Position numbers and translations under genes: made by a program. The notes beneath the pieces are model-generated. The model saw nothing but the letters and a program-made list of their open reading frames with translations. It searched no databases and was not told the DNA's origin. A stretch of 63,693 nt of DNA, the filler included, from Octopus bimaculoides (taxonomy: Eukaryota): NCBI RefSeq assembly GCF_001194135.2. It is 7 parts of 6 records of this genome, joined end to end, with 100 filler letters (N's around TTAATTAATTAA, not from the genome) between each part and the next. Parts side by side here need not be neighbours in the genome. Positions count along the whole stretch, not along the records: positions 35,360 to 51,667 come from NC_068994.1; positions 51,768 to 58,460 come from NC_069008.1; positions 58,561 to 62,081 come from NC_068988.1; 4 more parts are not named here. One strand, 5' to 3'. Shown here piece after piece: positions 51,301 through 62,181 of the stretch. Numbering within the stretch: the stretch's first letter is position 1; each line of letters starts with the position of its first letter.

Positions 51301-51537
51301 AACCATGTCTCAGAGATATCCAAAAGATTGTGCTGACAAGTGCTGCCCACATCCTTGGAAAAAATCCTATCAATTTAAATATTTGTGTTGTATTACATCA
51401 TGATATTTCGCTACTGTCCCTTTGACTTTCCCTCCCCAAGCTTTCAGTCATACTGTAACATCCCTTATCATTCACTCGCTCTAGGACGCTGGGTGTGCCT
51501 CGGTGAGTGATTGTAACAAACATGCTGATTAAAAGTA
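47118..51537 (+). mobile_element. R4/Dong-clade LINE, 5'-truncated, internally deleted, split by a Helitron (copy B)
   Basis: KWRTPGMDRISNFW, IGIFQGNSLSPL, MNDLKLF, CRFCDKFDDTIDHLVLGC, RPDIVIKD, DISVP, KEFDKLTKYKDLEIEIQKMW. Followed by a long (TAA)n at 51538-51667. Confidence 0.92.
47625..49845 (+). mobile_element. Helitron, non-autonomous deletion derivative
   Basis: A|TC start (47625), CTAG|T end (49845), subterminal hairpin ccgggcaacgtctgg (49819-49833), no TSD. Rep N-terminal relics CIHCKARKWPGE..LCCS (49316), RQYNAA, FMQTFKIQGQIYHRIGSL (49537). Confidence 0.92.
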
Positions 51538-51667
<130 letters not shown>

Positions 51668-51767
51668 NNNNNNNNNNNNNNNNNNNNNNNNNNNNNNNNN
51701 NNNNNNNNNNNTTAATTAATTAANNNNNNNNNNNNNNNNNNNNNNNNNNNNNNNNNNNNNNNNNNNN
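51668..51767. other. Artificial scaffold-joining linker
   Basis: 44 N + TTAATTAATTAA + 44 N. Confidence 0.95.
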
Positions 51768-52020
51768 GAAAGGTTTTTGCGTTTGTGTGTCTGTATGTAT
51801 GTATGTGTATGTGTGTGTGTGTGTATGTATGTATGTGTGTGTGTATGTATGTAACTATTACGTATGTGTGTATCCATGTATGTATGTGTGTATGTATGTG
51901 TGTGTGCATGTATGTATGTATGTATGTAAGTATTATGTATGTCAGTATGTATGTGTGTGTGTATGTAAGTAAGTATGTATGCATGCTTGATGTATATAAC
52001 TACACACACACACACACACA

Positions 52021-52092
<72 letters not shown>

Positions 52093-52430
52093 TATACATA
52101 TACATATGAGTGTACATGAACCTATATTTATATATACACATAGATATATGTGTGTGTATATATATATATATTTATATATGCATGCATATTTTTATATACA
52201 TGCTTATATGTATACATACATGTATGTATGTGTGTGTGTGTGTATATATTATATATGTATGAACATATAATGTATATATGCTTGTGTGAATACATATACA
52301 TATTTATACACATATATATATGTCTGTATGACTATATATATTTCTATATATTTATATATATGTATATATATATACATACATATATGTGTATGTATATAGG
52401 TATGTGAGCATGTCTGTGTGTGTGTGTATG

Positions 52431-52497
<67 letters not shown>

Positions 52498-53228
52498 TGG
52501 AGCTGTTTGGCAGAGGTGTTAAGAGTATCAGACAGGCTAGTTTACAGAACCAGTTATGGCCCTCAGCCCCCAGCAAATCAGATTTCAAGTTCAACCCCTC
52601 TCGGTGAGGGCCTTACAATATCCAATAAGCAAAGAAGGGCCAGCCCCGAATATGTGTGTAGACGGTGGGGGAGGGGTGAATCAGGGAACATTGGTATGAC
52701 AGGATTGTTAGAGCTTCACTTCAGCCTATGATACTTTCTGATATCACCCGAAACGAAAACCTAGTGCCAACCCCAAGTCCCTTTCCTGCCCTAACCCCCC
52801 CTGGGGTGACATCGACAGCAAGGTGAGGGCTAGATCTGCATGTACGGGGGAGGGGGGCTCTTTATCTTTTTGTCTTTTTGTCTTTTGCCTTTTTATCTGT
52901 TGCTTGTTTCAGTCATTGGACTGTGGCCATGCTGGGGCATTTCCTTTGTAGGGTTTCAGTCGAACAAATCGATCTTGTCCTTCTACTTACAACTTTTTTC
53001 TTGTTTCACGTTTGATATTTATTCTCTCACAATTTTGTTTGCTAAACCGTTAAGTTACAGGGACATAAATAAACCAACATTGGTTATTTATCAGTTGTGG
53101 AAGAGGATGAACACAAATACAATAACATACACACATATACATACAGACAAACATATATATGTATGTATATTTGTATGGTTGTTTGTATATATGAGTGTGT
53201 ATATTTATATATATTCTTTTCTATTCTC

Positions 53229-53503
53229 GGCACATGGCCTGAAATTTGGGGGGAGGAGTGCCAGTCGATTAGACCAACCCCAGTACACAACTGGTACTTA
53301 ATTTACTAACTCCACAACCCTGGTTAAATCAGTGGTTTTCAATCAGGGTCCACATGACTCGTGGGGGGGGGGGTCCATATAATATTAGGCACAAGGCCCG
53401 AAATTTCAACTCAGACCGAATTTGAACTCAGAACGTAAAGACAGACGAAATACCGCTAAGCATTTCGCCCAGCGTGCTAACGATTCTGCCAGCTCACCGC
53501 CTT
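53229..53503 (-). mobile_element. tRNA-derived SINE, rearranged, with a short hAT-MITE-like insert (cagtggttttcaa at ~53330)
   Basis: Same family as 11335; the 3' motif ggcac..ggcc.gaaattt occurs twice. Confidence 0.7.
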
Positions 53504-53935
53504 GGACAAGTGTTTTCCACTATAGCCTTGGGCCAACCAAAGCCTTGTGAGTGGATTTGGTAGACGGAAACTGGAAGAAGCCCATCATATATATATATAT
53601 ATATATATAGATATATATATATATACATGACGGGTACAGGCATGGTAGTGTGGTAAGAAAGCTTGCTTCCCAACCACATGGTTCCTGGTTCACCCCCACA
53701 GTGGCACCTTGGGCCAATCAAAGCCTTGTGAGTGGATATGGTAGACAGAGACTGGAAGCCTGTCATATGTGTGTGTGTGTGTCTCTGTGTGTTTGTGTTT
53801 GTTCCACCAACTATTGCTTGACGACCAGTGTTGCTATGTTTACATCACCATTACTTAGTAGCTCATCAAAAGATACTGATAGAATAGGTATCAGAACCTT
53901 AACCAAATAACTAAGTCCTGGAATTGAATCCTGCC
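53503..53935 (+). mobile_element. Two tandem SINE copies (family as at 57523)
   Basis: 53503-53590 is 5'-truncated; 53628-53935 has a tRNA-like head (gtgtggtaagaaagcttgcttcccaaccacatgg). Confidence 0.8.
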
Positions 53936-54169
53936 ACTAAAAGAGAATATTTCTAAATATATATTTATATGTATGTATATATTTCTGGATATATATTTAT
54001 ATGTATATATGTATGTATATATGTCACAAGTTAAAAATAATGGGCATTACAAGTTATTCCTTTATTTGAGCAAACTTGTCTTACAGCTGTTTCAAGTAGT
54101 ATTTATAGGTACATTATTGGTAGGTTTACTCAATTGGTCTATTGATCATCATTATGATCATGACCATTG

Positions 54170-54410
54170 TCATTGTTTAACATCCTCTTTCCATGCTGGC
54201 ATGGGTTGGACGGTTTGACTCAGGGCTGGCGAGCCAAAAGGTTGCACCAGGCTCCAATCCGATCTGGCAATGTTTCTACAGCTGGATGCCCTTCCTAATG
54301 CCAACCACTCCGAGAGTGTAGTGGGTGCTTTTTACGTACCACTGGCACAAAGGCCGGTCAGGCGTGACTGACATCGACCATGCTCGAATGGTGCTTTTTT
54401 ACATACCACC
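54170..54410 (-). mobile_element. SINE with RTE-like 3' tail
   Basis: Minus strand ends ccgtccaacccatgccagcatggaaagaggatgttaaac, typical of RTE-type tails; internal ggatgcccttcctaatgccaacc motif. Confidence 0.7.
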
Positions 54411-54882
54411 AACACTATTAACTGGTATTTTTTAATGAAACTTTGATTTCTAGCATAAAACAGCCTTAGAAACACGCTGGAATGATCAAAATAACATTTT
54501 AAATAGAAATAAGCGAGATAATGGGTGAAAAATTAGCAAACCTCATTTGAATATCAGAGAAATATACCTAGTAGATATAGCAAAAAGGTTAGATATGTGT
54601 AAATATTGACAGATAATTACGAAATTTGTAATTTTTAAGTGATCTCATATGAGATCACTGGTAGGTAATGGGTTAAACATGGCTGCTCCATAGGAACTGA
54701 TGTTACAACCATTCTTATAGACCAGCCATGTTGGAGTGGTGATAAACCCTACTTCTCAGTAAAGTCACTGATTTTTCTCACTAACTCCTTTGCTTGTTTC
54801 AAGGTCAATTACTGGTTGTCACTTATTTTTCTATATATTGCAAGCTGGAGGAAACTACTGCTATTACTAGCAGTTGAGTATC

Positions 54883-54924
54883 TACCACTGAAGATGACCA
54901 CAAAGAGGTGAAAACAGTCTGGTG
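54883..54924 (+). ncRNA. Minimal type-I hammerhead ribozyme motif, slightly degenerate
   Basis: TACCA-CTGAAGA-TG-ACC-ACAAAGA-GGT-GAAA-ACAG-TC-TGGTG. Stem I 5 bp, GUC site; the stem II junction is imperfect. Confidence 0.6.
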
Positions 54925-55171
54925 ATCACCTGGCTGGAAGTTAGTAGGAGTTCACTCCCCTGTTTGCAATATATATCGGTTGCAAATTGCATTGATAACC
55001 AGGTGGTGGAGGCATTCACCTGGGGTTAAAATGGTAGTAGCATTGGTTCCTATGGAAACAGTCTTATTTATGTGGTGATAAACATCACTTCGCCATATTG
55101 TTACTGCTTTCATCTCTCTCAGAGATTTCCTAACGAGCTAATTTGCTTGTTATATATTTATGTATGCTCTG

Positions 55172-55352
55172 AAATCTTTACCAAGAACAATGGCATTGGG
55201 GTAAAGAAGAGTGGCCATAAGAGGAATCCAGGTGTGCAGATATGGAGACAATGATGCAAATTAACAATTGCATCATTGTCTCCATATCTGCTCACCTGGA
55301 TTCCTTTTACAGCCATTCTTTACCCCATGGAGTTAATCCTTGGTAAAGATTT
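55172..55352. repeat. Long fold-back hairpin (38-bp inner stem, 8-nt loop, imperfect outer arms)
   Basis: 55222-55259 pairs with 55268-55305 with one mismatch; outer arms aaatctttaccaag/cttggtaaagattt and tggggtaaagaa/ttctttacccca. Confidence 0.9.
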
Positions 55353-55470
55353 TGGAATGTATGTTCAAATCATTTAAGAGTTTTCCATATAGAGCATCTC
55401 TCACTTTCATTTGTTTATTATTTACATTATTTACATTCGATGGATATTTGTCCTAATCTTGTTTGTTGTT

Positions 55471-55516
55471 AACACAACGTTTTGGCTGATATACCCTCCA
55501 GCCTTCATCAGGTGTC
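55471..55516 (-). ncRNA. Minimal hammerhead motif, G12A variant
   Basis: GACAC-CTGATGA-A-GGCTG-GAGGGTATAT-CAGCC-AAAA-CG-TT-GTGTT. Confidence 0.75.
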
Positions 55517-55661
55517 TTGGGGAAATTCTGAAACTGAGTTCTCATTCCTGAGGTATTTTTCGATGTTATTATTATTATCATTCAGATCTATATTTAAGAG
55601 GTGAGGAATTATGTACATTATTTACATTTGACGGATATTTGTTCTCATCTTGTTTGTTGTT

Positions 55662-55707
55662 AACACAACGTTTCAGCTGATATACCTTCCAGCCTTCATC
55701 AGGTGTC
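55662..55707 (-). ncRNA. Minimal hammerhead motif with intact core
   Basis: GACAC-CTGATGA-A-GGCTG-GAAGGTATAT-CAGCT-GAAA-CG-TT-GTGTT. Palindromic ACGT stem III, GUU site. Confidence 0.8.
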
Positions 55708-55790
55708 TTGGGGAAATTTTGAACCTGGGTTCTCATTCCTGAGGTATTTTTTGATGATATTATTCTACAGAGTTTGACCACCTCCTGTAC

Positions 55791-56095
55791 CTACACCTCA
55801 GAACCATCATGACTTCTGATGCTGCTTCTTAAACTAGGCAATGTTTTGATGAGACCACCGCATAGATTGCATAACCGATTTGAACCACCAAGAGCTGCAG
55901 TTAAGTTCTGCTCTTTGTAGATCTTAAAATGTCTTTTGAGGCCTCCATTAGGTTTGCAGGCCTTATGGTATACACGGCAGTGAAAGGTGTGCACAGATAT
56001 ATAGACAGAGTAGTTAGTGACGGTTGATTTTCCATGGGTCCACAAATGAGATTTGGGCCCAGCCGAAGAAAGGCACGGTCTGTCACAAATTAAGT
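55791..56095 (-). pseudogene. Three decayed C2H2-like zinc fingers, probably the C-terminus of an RTE-type LINE ORF
   Basis: ICDRPCLSSAGPKSHLWTH, FHCRVYHKACKPNGGLKRHFKIY, LCNLCGGLIKTLPSLRSSIRSH. No TGEKP linkers. Confidence 0.55.
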
Positions 56096-57189
56096 ACACC
56101 AAAATGGGGATTCATCTTCTTGTTGATGATGGCGTTTTTGTTTCAATTTATTTTGAGTTTCACATATATATATATATATATATANNNNNNNNNNNNNNNN
56201 NNNNNNNNNNNNNNNNNNNNNNNNNNNNNNNNNNNNNNNNNNNNNNNNNNNNNNNNNNNNNNNNNNNNNNNNNNNNNNNNNNNNNNNNNNNNNNNNNNNN
56301 NNNNNNNNNNNNNNNNNNNNNNNNNNNNNNNNNNNNNNNNNNNNNNNNNNNNNNNNNNNNNNNNNNNNNNNNNNNNNNNNNNNNNNNNNNNNNNNNNNNN
56401 NNNNNNNNNNNNNNNNNNNNNNNNNNNNNNNNNNNNNNNNNNNNNNNNNNNNNNNNNNNNNNNNNNNNNNNNNNNNNNNNNNNNNNNNNNNNNNNNNNNN
56501 NNNNNNNNNNNNNNNNNNNNNNNNNNNNNNNNNNNNNNNNNNNNNNNNNNNNNNNNNNNNNNNNNNNNNNNNNNNNNNNNNNNNNNNNNNNNNNNNNNNN
56601 NNNNNNNNNNNNNNNNNNNNNNNNNNNNNNNNNNNNNNNNNNNNNNNNNNNNNNNNNNNNNNNNNNNNNNNNNNNNNNNNNNNNNNNNNNNNNNNNNNNN
56701 NNNNNNNNNNNNNNNNNNNNNNNNNNNNNNNNNNNNNNNNNNNNNNNNNNNNNNNNNNNNNNNNNNNNNNNNNNNNNNNNNNNNNNNNNNNNNNNNNNNN
56801 NNNNNNNNNNNNNNNNNNNNNNNNNNNNNNNNNNNNNNNNNNNNNNNNNNNNNNNNNNNNNNNNNNNNNNNNNNNNNNNNNNNNNNNNNNNNNNNNNNNN
56901 NNNNNNNNNNNNNNNNNNNNNNNNNNNNNNNNNNNNNNNNNNNNNNNNNNNNNNNNNNNNNNNNNNNNNNNNNNNNNNNNNNNNNNNNNNNNNNNNNNNN
57001 NNNNNNNNNNNNNNNNNNNNNNNNNNNNNNNNNNNNNNNNNNNNNNNNNNNNNNNNNNNNNNNNNNTAGAGAGACTTAGAAATATTAATAACTCTCTATA
57101 TATATATATATATACATGTATGTAGTTCGTTAGATGAGAATCGGATATTTTCCATACAGAATACACCTAGTAGTGCTGAAGAGGTTTAA

Positions 57190-57411
57190 CCCTTTCATGA
57201 CCAACCCATCTGAAACCACTTCTGGCTCTGAGTACAAATGTCTTGTTTTCATAAGTTTTGAATAAAAATCTTCCCAACCAACCTTAGTCACAATTTATGT
57301 TCCTAACACTAAATTAATGATAACTAAGTTATTTTACTAAATTTTTTGTTATATTTAAAATTAATTGTAAGAAACACAGAGAATCTCAAAAGAAATATGG
57401 TAACAAAAGAG
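57190..57411. mobile_element. piggyBac-type MITE
   Basis: TTAA on both sides (57186-57189, 57412-57415); termini ccctttcatgacc and ggtaacaaaagag. Confidence 0.75.
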
Positions 57412-57522
57412 TTAAACTTGAATAGGTTGAGAAGAAGATGTAAGGATAAGCAAGTTAGGTTGAAAAGTGAAGAATATTTAATACATTGAATGCAAAAAAA
57501 TGTATATATGTTTAGATATATA

Positions 57523-57873
57523 GACGCAAGAGTGGCTGTGTGGTATGTAGCTTGCTTTCCAACTACATGGTTCCATGTTCAGTCCCATTGCATGGCACCT
57601 TGGGCAAGTGTCTTTTACTATAGCCACGGGCCGACCAAAGCCATGTGAGTGGATTTGGTAGACGGAAACTGAAAGAAGCCCGTATGTATGTGTGTTTGTG
57701 CTTGTCCCCTCAACCAGGCTTGACAACCGAAGCTGCTGTGTTTCCATCTCTGTAACTTAGAGGTTCGGCAAAAGAGACCAAAGAATTAGTCCTAAGTCGG
57801 TGTGTTTGACTAAAGGTGGTGCTCCAGCATGGCTACAGTTAAATGACTGAAATAAGTAAAAGAGTAAAAGAAT
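57523..57873 (+). mobile_element. Full-length tRNA-derived SINE with CORE-like segment and central microsatellite
   Basis: A-box-like ggctgtgtggt, B-box-like gttcagtccc, CORE-like accttgggcaagt, 3' tail aagtaaaagagtaaaagaat. Confidence 0.85.
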
Positions 57874-58180
57874 ACAAAAAGGTCTGACTTACACAGTTTA
57901 GAAATGCTTTGGAAAATTAAAGAAGTCGAAGAAAAGTGTTACAAATCCCAACAGCTGTTTCTGGAGGTTAAGTGGCTCAAAATAATGATTGTAAATTGAT
58001 TTCATCATCGGACGAGACAAGCCTCCATCTTCAGGGAAGAAATGTTACATTTGTGGTGTTGTCAGCAAAGGAGATTAAAGATGGAATGTTTAATCTAAAC
58101 ATATATGCATTTTTTGTATTTCATGTATTAGACATTCTTTGCATATTGACTTGTCTAATGTGCTCATCTTTACATTTACT

Positions 58181-58213
<33 letters not shown>

Positions 58214-58460
58214 GTTTTTGAGTGTGTGTGTTATATATATTATACATGTTATACATACATACATATATATATATAATTGTTGCTGCAATAAAGTATCTTC
58301 AATGCATTGATTTTGAGCTCTATCTTTTAAGAGACACACATATATATATATATATACAAAAACTCACCTGTGAGCTTTTTGCTAAGACTGTTAACAGATA
58401 CTATATATTTTGTAAAATTTGTTTTATAAAAGTATATATTTAATATATATATATATATAT

Positions 58461-58560
58461 NNNNNNNNNNNNNNNNNNNNNNNNNNNNNNNNNNNNNNNN
58501 NNNNTTAATTAATTAANNNNNNNNNNNNNNNNNNNNNNNNNNNNNNNNNNNNNNNNNNNN
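58461..58560. other. Artificial scaffold-joining linker
   Basis: 44 N + TTAATTAATTAA + 44 N. Confidence 0.95.
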
Positions 58561-58561
58561 A

Positions 58562-58593
<32 letters not shown>

Positions 58594-60194
58594 CATATAT
58601 ATGTATGAATGTTACAGATATCCAGCCATATCTACCTTACAATCGCTATCTCACTCAACGTCTGTTCTCCCCAACACCACCATCACCAATATCATCATCA
58701 CCATCATCATCATCGTCATCGTCATCGTCATCATCGTCGTCGTCATCATCATCATCGTCATCACCACCACCATCATCATTAATTAATTACCACAGCAGCC
58801 ATAATTGTTATAACTCTTTAATCGTACTAAAGGTATCAGGAGCAGCCGCAGACGCTAAAGAAACACCCCTTTGCTACTGCTGCTGCTACTACTGTTGCTG
58901 TTGTTGCTACTACTACTACTACTGGCATGCATGTGTATGTGTGCATGTATGTATGTATGTATGTATATTTATATATGAGAAAAAAATTCAAATACATACA
59001 TACATAGATGCATACGCACACTTATATGTATATGTACACACACATACATATATTTACACTCAACTTGACCCTAACCTAGTTACCTATTCTCCTCTCTCCC
59101 TAAGCTATCAACAAGGTTTAGGGGGGGGGGTCTTACGCTTATTCTTGATCATAACGCGTGGGTGTCACAGATAAGTGGAGATGTAATATAAAGAATGTGA
59201 GTCTAACAGACTCTTTTTTCCCCCTTTTCTCCTATGTATGTAAGACAGATTCCCTCACCCCTTAATTTTAAACATCATTGCTTCTGTCCCTTCTCCTTTC
59301 TCCTTTGCCTGTATTTAAAGGTCTTCTATATAAACCAGGTGGCTTTGATATTACAGTTCCCTATTTTGTTCGTATTGAGTTACACTGTCAAATAACGGGC
59401 TAATGGCGACGTTGTAGCCGTTGCTGCTGTTAATATATGTTGTTGTTTTATAGGAGTATAGACTGAAGGAGATTTCGGCGGCTCTTTATAAGTCAATCGA
59501 TCACGCTGACCCTCAATTCTTTGCCTCCAGCAAATAGTCTTGCTGTGGTTGTTGTACTTAAAATAACAAATCGATCTTGATAGAGGCGTTCTAGTAGTAA
59601 CCATCGTATCTTAATTTACTTTCCCACATTGTGTGTCTAGGACTACATTGTCCAAAGTGTGGGGCTTTTATCGTCTACATCGGTGGGTGGTCCTGAACAA
59701 CTCTGGTGGGTTCGAACCACCTACAGAGTTGCTTCACTGCTTCATGAGACATCGACTCCTGCACTCGGAGACGGAGTACAGTAGCTCTCTCAGTACACAA
59801 TTCTTTACCTTAAATGATAAAAGGTATGATTTGAAGAAGATTGGTTGCTATTTCTAGCTCATCAGTTGGCTACGTTGAAGCTTAATCCTTGACACATTGC
59901 CGGTATTTTTGATATTGTTTAGTCAAGGGTAGTCCCAGATCAAATAAACCAATATTTCAAATGCCATCCAGCCCTGTCTAACGTAATCAACAGTAGATAC
60001 AAAGTACCGACGAATACATTATCAAATGATTTCTATTAAATAAGTAGTTCTCAACTATCTTTTTTTACCACGGACCATTTTGATTCCTATTTCAGTCTGA
60101 TGCCCCCCCCCCCGAGCCATTCGATGTTTTAAAAACACCGAACACAAAGAACCGGGCAAGGTAAGTTATTGCAGCCATTATTTTAGTAGCGATT

Positions 60195-60915
60195 TAAGGC
60201 GACGAACTGACAGATTCGTTAGCACGCTGAATGAAATGCTTAGCAGTATGTCGCCCGTCGCTCCGTTCAAAGTTCAAATTCCACCGAGGTCGACTTGAAC
60301 ACTGAGGTCGATGTAATAGACTCATCCCGGATCTTTCTGATTTGGCGGACACCATTTTTTATTTCGTATACTTGTATAGTTTGTCTTATAGAGCAGAGAA
60401 AAATTTTTGTGAATTGGTGAAAAATTTGGTGAAAAATTTGTGTTGGTGTATTGAACAGATTTTCACCAAATTTGGCAAAAATTCTCATAACCTTAACCCT
60501 AACCCTAAAACCCTAAGGCTAAAACTAGTACAAACGCACGAACGATGTCATAAAAAACTGTACATCCGATAGTTGTTGTTGACAAACAACGGCAGTAATT
60601 TTATTCAAGGGAAAATATCCCATTACACCGCCACAACGTGTTGTTGACAAACCACAGCAGTAATTGTTTTCACCTCAATAGACGTCAGTGATTGGTTGAA
60701 ATTACCGAAATACGACAACTTTTAACATGAAATAACTTCGAATATACAAACTTTTCTTAACAAGGCTAAGAGAAAAAGATGCTTTATATGACACATTCTA
60801 CCAGTATCCCAAGTATGAAAGTGTTTCGTTATAAAACAAATGGTGTCCGCCAAATCAGAAAGACCCCTCATCCCCCCTCCCAAATTACTGCCCTTGTGGC
60901 AAAATTTGAAACCAT
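60195..60915 (+). mobile_element. tRNA-derived SINE split by a MITE
   Basis: Removing 60329-60874 restores gtcgatgtaatagactcatccc-cctcccaaatt...gcccttgtggcaaaatttgaaacc. Confidence 0.85.
60329..60866. mobile_element. Non-autonomous DNA transposon (GG termini, 8-bp TSD; Merlin- or MULE-like) containing telomeric hexamers
   Basis: 29-bp TIRs ggatctttctgatttggcggacaccattt and aaatggtgtccgccaaatcagaaagaccc; TSD ctcatccc (60321-60328, 60867-60874); internal taaccctaaccctaa. Confidence 0.88.
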
Positions 60916-60939
60916 TATTTTAGTAACGATTTCGATAAT

Positions 60940-61651
60940 TTCAGCTAATCACTGACGTCTATTCAGTTGAAAACAGTTAGCGCTGTAACGGTGTATATCG
61001 TATTAATCCCCGTTAGTTCTGACATTTCCGATTAACTAGACTGTTCGTAAACAAAGGGGAAAAAGCGAATCAAAATACTTGAATATTGCCTGCAGAATTA
61101 TTAATGCACCTCCAAGTGCTTCATTTCCTAGAAATAGCAGCCAAATCTTCTTTAAATCAAACTCTAGTTTAGGGTTAGGGTTCGGGTTTTNNNNNNNNNN
61201 CTTTAAATCAAACTCTAGTTTAGGGTTAGGGTTCGGGTTTTAGAGTTAGGGTTAGGGTTATGAGTGAAGTTATGGCAAAAATAATCATAACCCTAACCCT
61301 AACTCTAGAATCCGAAATATAAAATTGTTACACACACAGATAAGCACAGCGTAATTTATTATATAAACAATATATGCGTATAAATTACGATTAAACCGGA
61401 TGAAATATGTCACAGGGAATAACATTTTTATGACCGGCCAGCAGTAACTGTATTCAGCTGAATAGACGTCAGTGATTGGTTGAAATTACAGAAATACGAC
61501 AACTTTAACATGAAATAACTTGCGATGTACAAAATTTTGTTAAGAAGGTTAAGAGAAGAAGTTGTTTTATATGACACATTCTATCAGTGTCCCAAGTTTG
61601 AAAGTGTTTCGTTAAGAAAACAAATGTTGCTCGTCAAACCCCAAAGATCCC
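60940..61651. mobile_element. Related fold-back element with inverted arms and facing telomeric repeats
   Basis: 61455-61651 is homologous to the right half of 60329-60866; 60950-61000 is an inverted copy of 61440-61490; 23-bp perfect IR tagagttagggttagggttatga/tcataaccctaaccctaactcta. Confidence 0.65.
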
Positions 61652-62081
61652 GGTGAGCTAGCGAAATTGCTAGACCACAGTAAGTACTCACATATGGATG
61701 ATACACAGACATAAACATATACATGTACACACACATAGTTACGCACACATAAGCACATACATGTACGCACACAGGAACACATGCATGTACACACACTACG
61801 TGCAAAATGAACCGAAATGTTATTTTCTGTAAAGAACATGGCGAATGAAAAAAAAATACGTCTGTGAAACATTTCTTTACAAATATTAGCGACCTTTAGC
61901 TATTACCACCACCACCACCACCACCACCATCACCACCACCACTACCACCACCACCACCACCACGTCCATCAATAAGGTATCATCATCGTCGTCATCATCA
62001 TCATCATCAACGCCATAACTCCTGTTTGTTTCATATGTCCATGAGACAGACAGGGAGTTTTTTTCTCCTTTCTCCCACACA

Positions 62082-62181
62082 NNNNNNNNNNNNNNNNNNN
62101 NNNNNNNNNNNNNNNNNNNNNNNNNTTAATTAATTAANNNNNNNNNNNNNNNNNNNNNNNNNNNNNNNNNNNNNNNNNNNN
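62082..62181. other. Artificial scaffold-joining linker
   Basis: 44 N + TTAATTAATTAA + 44 N. Confidence 0.95.

Larger units (their letters stand above)
55423..55764 (-). repeat. 191-bp tandem repeat (~1.8 units), one hammerhead motif per unit
   Basis: Units start at 55423 and 55614; hammerheads at 55471-55516 and 55662-55707. Confidence 0.9.

Noticed and set aside
55791-56102. Host C2H2 zinc-finger gene exon
   Set aside because: There are no canonical TGEKP linkers, ligands are degenerate, and the CxxxCxSxAGxxSH pattern fits retroelement C-termini better.
61149-61241. 42-bp direct duplication around a 10-N gap (similar case at 9620-9720)
   Set aside because: Identical sequence on both sides of a 10-N gap indicates overlapping contig ends.
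61166-61307. Ancestral telomere-telomere fusion site
   Set aside because: The tracts are only a few hexamers long and lie within MITE-related inverted arms.
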